DNA from: a virus
Taxonomy: Duplodnaviria > Caudoviricetes
DNA: 25,238 nucleotides
IMG/VR virus record: IMGVR_UViG_3300017766_001548
Span: 1-25,238 of that record
Reading direction: 5' to 3' (one strand)
Shown here: piece after piece, positions 23,489 to 25,238 of the stretch
Numbering within the stretch: position 1 is the stretch's first letter
How the letters are laid out: every line of letters starts with the position of its first letter
Notes under the pieces: generated by a model
Database searches by the model: none
Seen by the model: only the letters and a program-made list of their open reading frames with translations
What the model was told of the DNA's origin: nothing
Translations under genes and position numbers: made by a program

Positions 23489-23911
23489 ATGGGTTATATT
23501 GAGGATGTTGCTGTATTTACAGCATACATAAAAGAAAAGTATGGGAGAGAGTTTCACATCATTGATAAGAGCAAGAAGACAACTGATATTGAGGACCCAA
23601 GGCTACTACATTGGGCTCACGTAATATCAGAGTGCTTAGATGTGGATATTAATAAGTTGTTTAAGAAAGGGAGAGAGAATAACTCATACGAGAAGATATG
23701 GTTTAGGTACATGATTATACATAACGAGGATATAACAATCAGTGCCCTTGCACGTGCCCTAGGCGTATCACACGCAACTATAATAACTAGTAACAGAAGG
23801 TGTCGCGAGTGGATTGAAGTTTATCCCGAAGTGTATGACAAGATTATACAAACAGGTAAGAAGCATAAGGTAATTAAAGAAAGTAACATTGAAATCGTTT
23901 ACAAAAATTAA
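23489..23911 (+). CDS. HTH DNA-binding protein, DnaA C-terminal domain-like, 140 aa
   Basis: LFKKGRE...TISALARALGVSHATII pattern. Confidence 0.6.
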   Translation: MGYIEDVAVFTAYIKEKYGREFHIIDKSKKTTDIEDPRLLHWAHVISECLDVDINKLFKKGRENNSYEKIWFRYMIIHNEDITISALARALGVSHATIITSNRRCREWIEVYPEVYDKIIQTGKKHKVIKESNIEIVYKN

Positions 23912-23916
23912 CTATT

Positions 23917-24456
23917 ATGATTATCGGAATACACGGATATGCTGGTGTAGGTAAAGATGAGGTTGGTAGCTTAATTGTCAAGCATACTAAGACATTCAAG
24001 GTAAAAAAGTTTGCAGGCAAGTTAAAACAGATAGCTACTATACTTACCGGTATACCTACTCCATTATTTGAGTCTACACATCTTAAGCAATCTAGTCTGC
24101 CCGGTTGGGACATGACCGTAAGGGAGCTGTTGCAGAGATTAGGTACTGAAGCAATAAGAGATGGCCTTCATCCTAATGCTTGGGTAATGGCACTCATGTC
24201 TGACTACATGCAAGGTGATGATTGGGTGATTACTGATATGCGTTTTAAGAACGAATACAACACTATAAAAGAGTATGGCGGTTATACTATTAAGGTAACA
24301 AGACCTGGCGTAAATCCGGTTAATAGTCACTCATCAGAAGATGATTTAGCTGATGTAAATTTTAACTATGAGATTTGCAATGATGGTACGTTAGATGACT
24401 TAGAAAATAAGGTTAGAGATGTGTTGTCAGATTTACTTATTGACCACTATATATAA
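23917..24456 (+). CDS. Deoxynucleoside monophosphate kinase (T4 gp1-like), 179 aa
   Basis: GYAGVGKD P-loop, FAGKLK, RELLQRLGTEAIR, ITDMRFKNE, HSSE, NDGTLDDL. Confidence 0.9.
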   Translation: MIIGIHGYAGVGKDEVGSLIVKHTKTFKVKKFAGKLKQIATILTGIPTPLFESTHLKQSSLPGWDMTVRELLQRLGTEAIRDGLHPNAWVMALMSDYMQGDDWVITDMRFKNEYNTIKEYGGYTIKVTRPGVNPVNSHSSEDDLADVNFNYEICNDGTLDDLENKVRDVLSDLLIDHYI

Positions 24457-24478
24457 AAAAACCCCGCACCTGCGGGGC
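24455..24478 (-). terminator. Intrinsic terminator for the minus-strand holin-like gene
   Basis: GCCCCGC-AGGT-GCGGGGT then a T-run on the minus strand. Confidence 0.8.
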
Positions 24479-24499
24479 TACACAAGTTAATGTGTGTGG

Positions 24500-24658
24500 T
24501 TATTTCTTTGATGCGATTGACCAAATAGCACCAATGAGCGTCATAACGCCACCAATAACTTCTTCTAACATTGATTCGCCTAAAATACCCTTAGCAACAG
24601 CAAGACCACCGGCAAAGGTAAGAGCGTGTCTAACGATACCTAATACTTTTTCTTTCAT
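24500..24658 (-). CDS. 52-aa two-TM putative holin (not in ORF track)
   Basis: MKEKVLGIVRHALTFAGGLAVAKGILGESMLEEVIGGVMTLIGAIWSIASKK*; own -7 box and terminator. Confidence 0.7.
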   Translation of the reverse strand: MKEKVLGIVRHALTFAGGLAVAKGILGESMLEEVIGGVMTLIGAIWSIASKK

Positions 24659-24674
24659 AAAAATAAGTTTGATA

Positions 24675-24682
24675 CAAATTTA
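24675..24682 (-). promoter_or_regulatory. Bacteroidota -7 box TAAATTTG
   Basis: TAnnTTTG 16 nt upstream of ATG 24658. Confidence 0.65.
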
Positions 24683-24734
24683 CAAATATTTTCTGACTAG
24701 ATAATTCATTGATTAACAATTAAATACAAAAACT

Positions 24735-24965
24735 ATGGCTACTCCAGTACAAGCTTTCTTTGATGAGATTTTTGAAATTAATGGCATGGATTACGAGCTG
24801 TTAAAGATGGTAATCCCAAATCAAGTTTTGAATAAACACATTCAAGATGAAAAGAAATTTATCATTGATACATATGATACAGCTATAAGTAATTATAGAA
24901 AGTCTATTACAGATGATACAATGCATCAGACAGCGGAAGAATATTATGATTCTATACCTGACTAA
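24735..24965 (+). CDS. Hypothetical protein, 76 aa
   Basis: TPVQ...EKKFIIDTYD...AEEYY pattern typical of small Bacteroidota-phage proteins. Confidence 0.7.
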   Translation: MATPVQAFFDEIFEINGMDYELLKMVIPNQVLNKHIQDEKKFIIDTYDTAISNYRKSITDDTMHQTAEEYYDSIPD

Positions 24966-24995
24966 AATATTTTTTGGTGATACAAAATATATTTA

Positions 24996-25003
24996 TAACT
25001 TTG
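24996..25003 (+). promoter_or_regulatory. Bacteroidota promoter, -7 box TAACTTTG
   Basis: TAnnTTTG with upstream TTTG at 24973-24976 at plausible -33 spacing. Confidence 0.75.
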
Positions 25004-25070
25004 TATTGTCAATCCGATTGGATAGTTGCGTTGTTCATTCGGGTTTGATTGATGCAAACCTGCATTTATT

Positions 25071-25104
25071 AAGCCCACATAGACGCAACCTGTGTGGGTT
25101 TTTT
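25071..25104 (+). terminator. Terminator/attenuator hairpin
   Basis: AAGCCCACATAG-ACGCAAC-CTGTGTGGGTTT then a T-run. Confidence 0.75.
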
Positions 25105-25238
25105 ATTTGATTGGCTAGCAAGTATTCTACTACCTCTCTAAGTTCCGAATAAAAGGAAACTAGTGGTATAACCTTTACGAAGATTCCTATACCACGTTTA
25201 ACTGTTAAATGTATAGCGAGGATGTAACTTTTTCCCTA

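Noticed and set aside
24492-24704. 70-aa plus-strand ORF
   Set aside because: Antisense shadow of the minus-strand holin-like gene, which has its own promoter and terminator
24913-25110. 65-aa ORF
   Set aside because: Spans a promoter and a terminator hairpin and overlaps the previous gene out of frame
1-25238. Genome-wide stop-codon reassignment
   Set aside because: Genes are intact and tightly packed in code 11; TAG and TGA act as normal stops in several genes

Overview
This window is phage DNA, most likely from a crAss-like / Crassvirales-related podovirus infecting Bacteroidota. The host call rests on repeated TAnnTTTG -7 promoter boxes and A-rich start contexts without Shine-Dalgarno sequences. 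The left ~14.2 kb is a minus-strand late module: RepL-like wHTH protein, HExxH metalloprotease, a cluster of very basic small proteins, tandem GroES-like protein, putative TerS, wHTH protein, TerL, portal, scaffold, major capsid and tail ring proteins. A repeat-rich non-coding strand switch (14.2-14.9 kb, candidate origin or terminus) follows. The plus-strand early module carries small ORFs, an SCM/GRALLW protein plus M28-type peptidase, DUF1281, a RadC/JAB protein and a dNMP kinase. The most unusual part is 14.9-16.8 kb. It holds rrn-type boxA-like antitermination motifs, a ~700-nt densely nested structured non-coding RNA, and two minimal tRNA-like elements, each directly upstream of an uncalled 31-33 aa membrane peptide. 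All protein calls are from motif recognition by eye and RNA folds are hand-derived; no database search or folding program was run.
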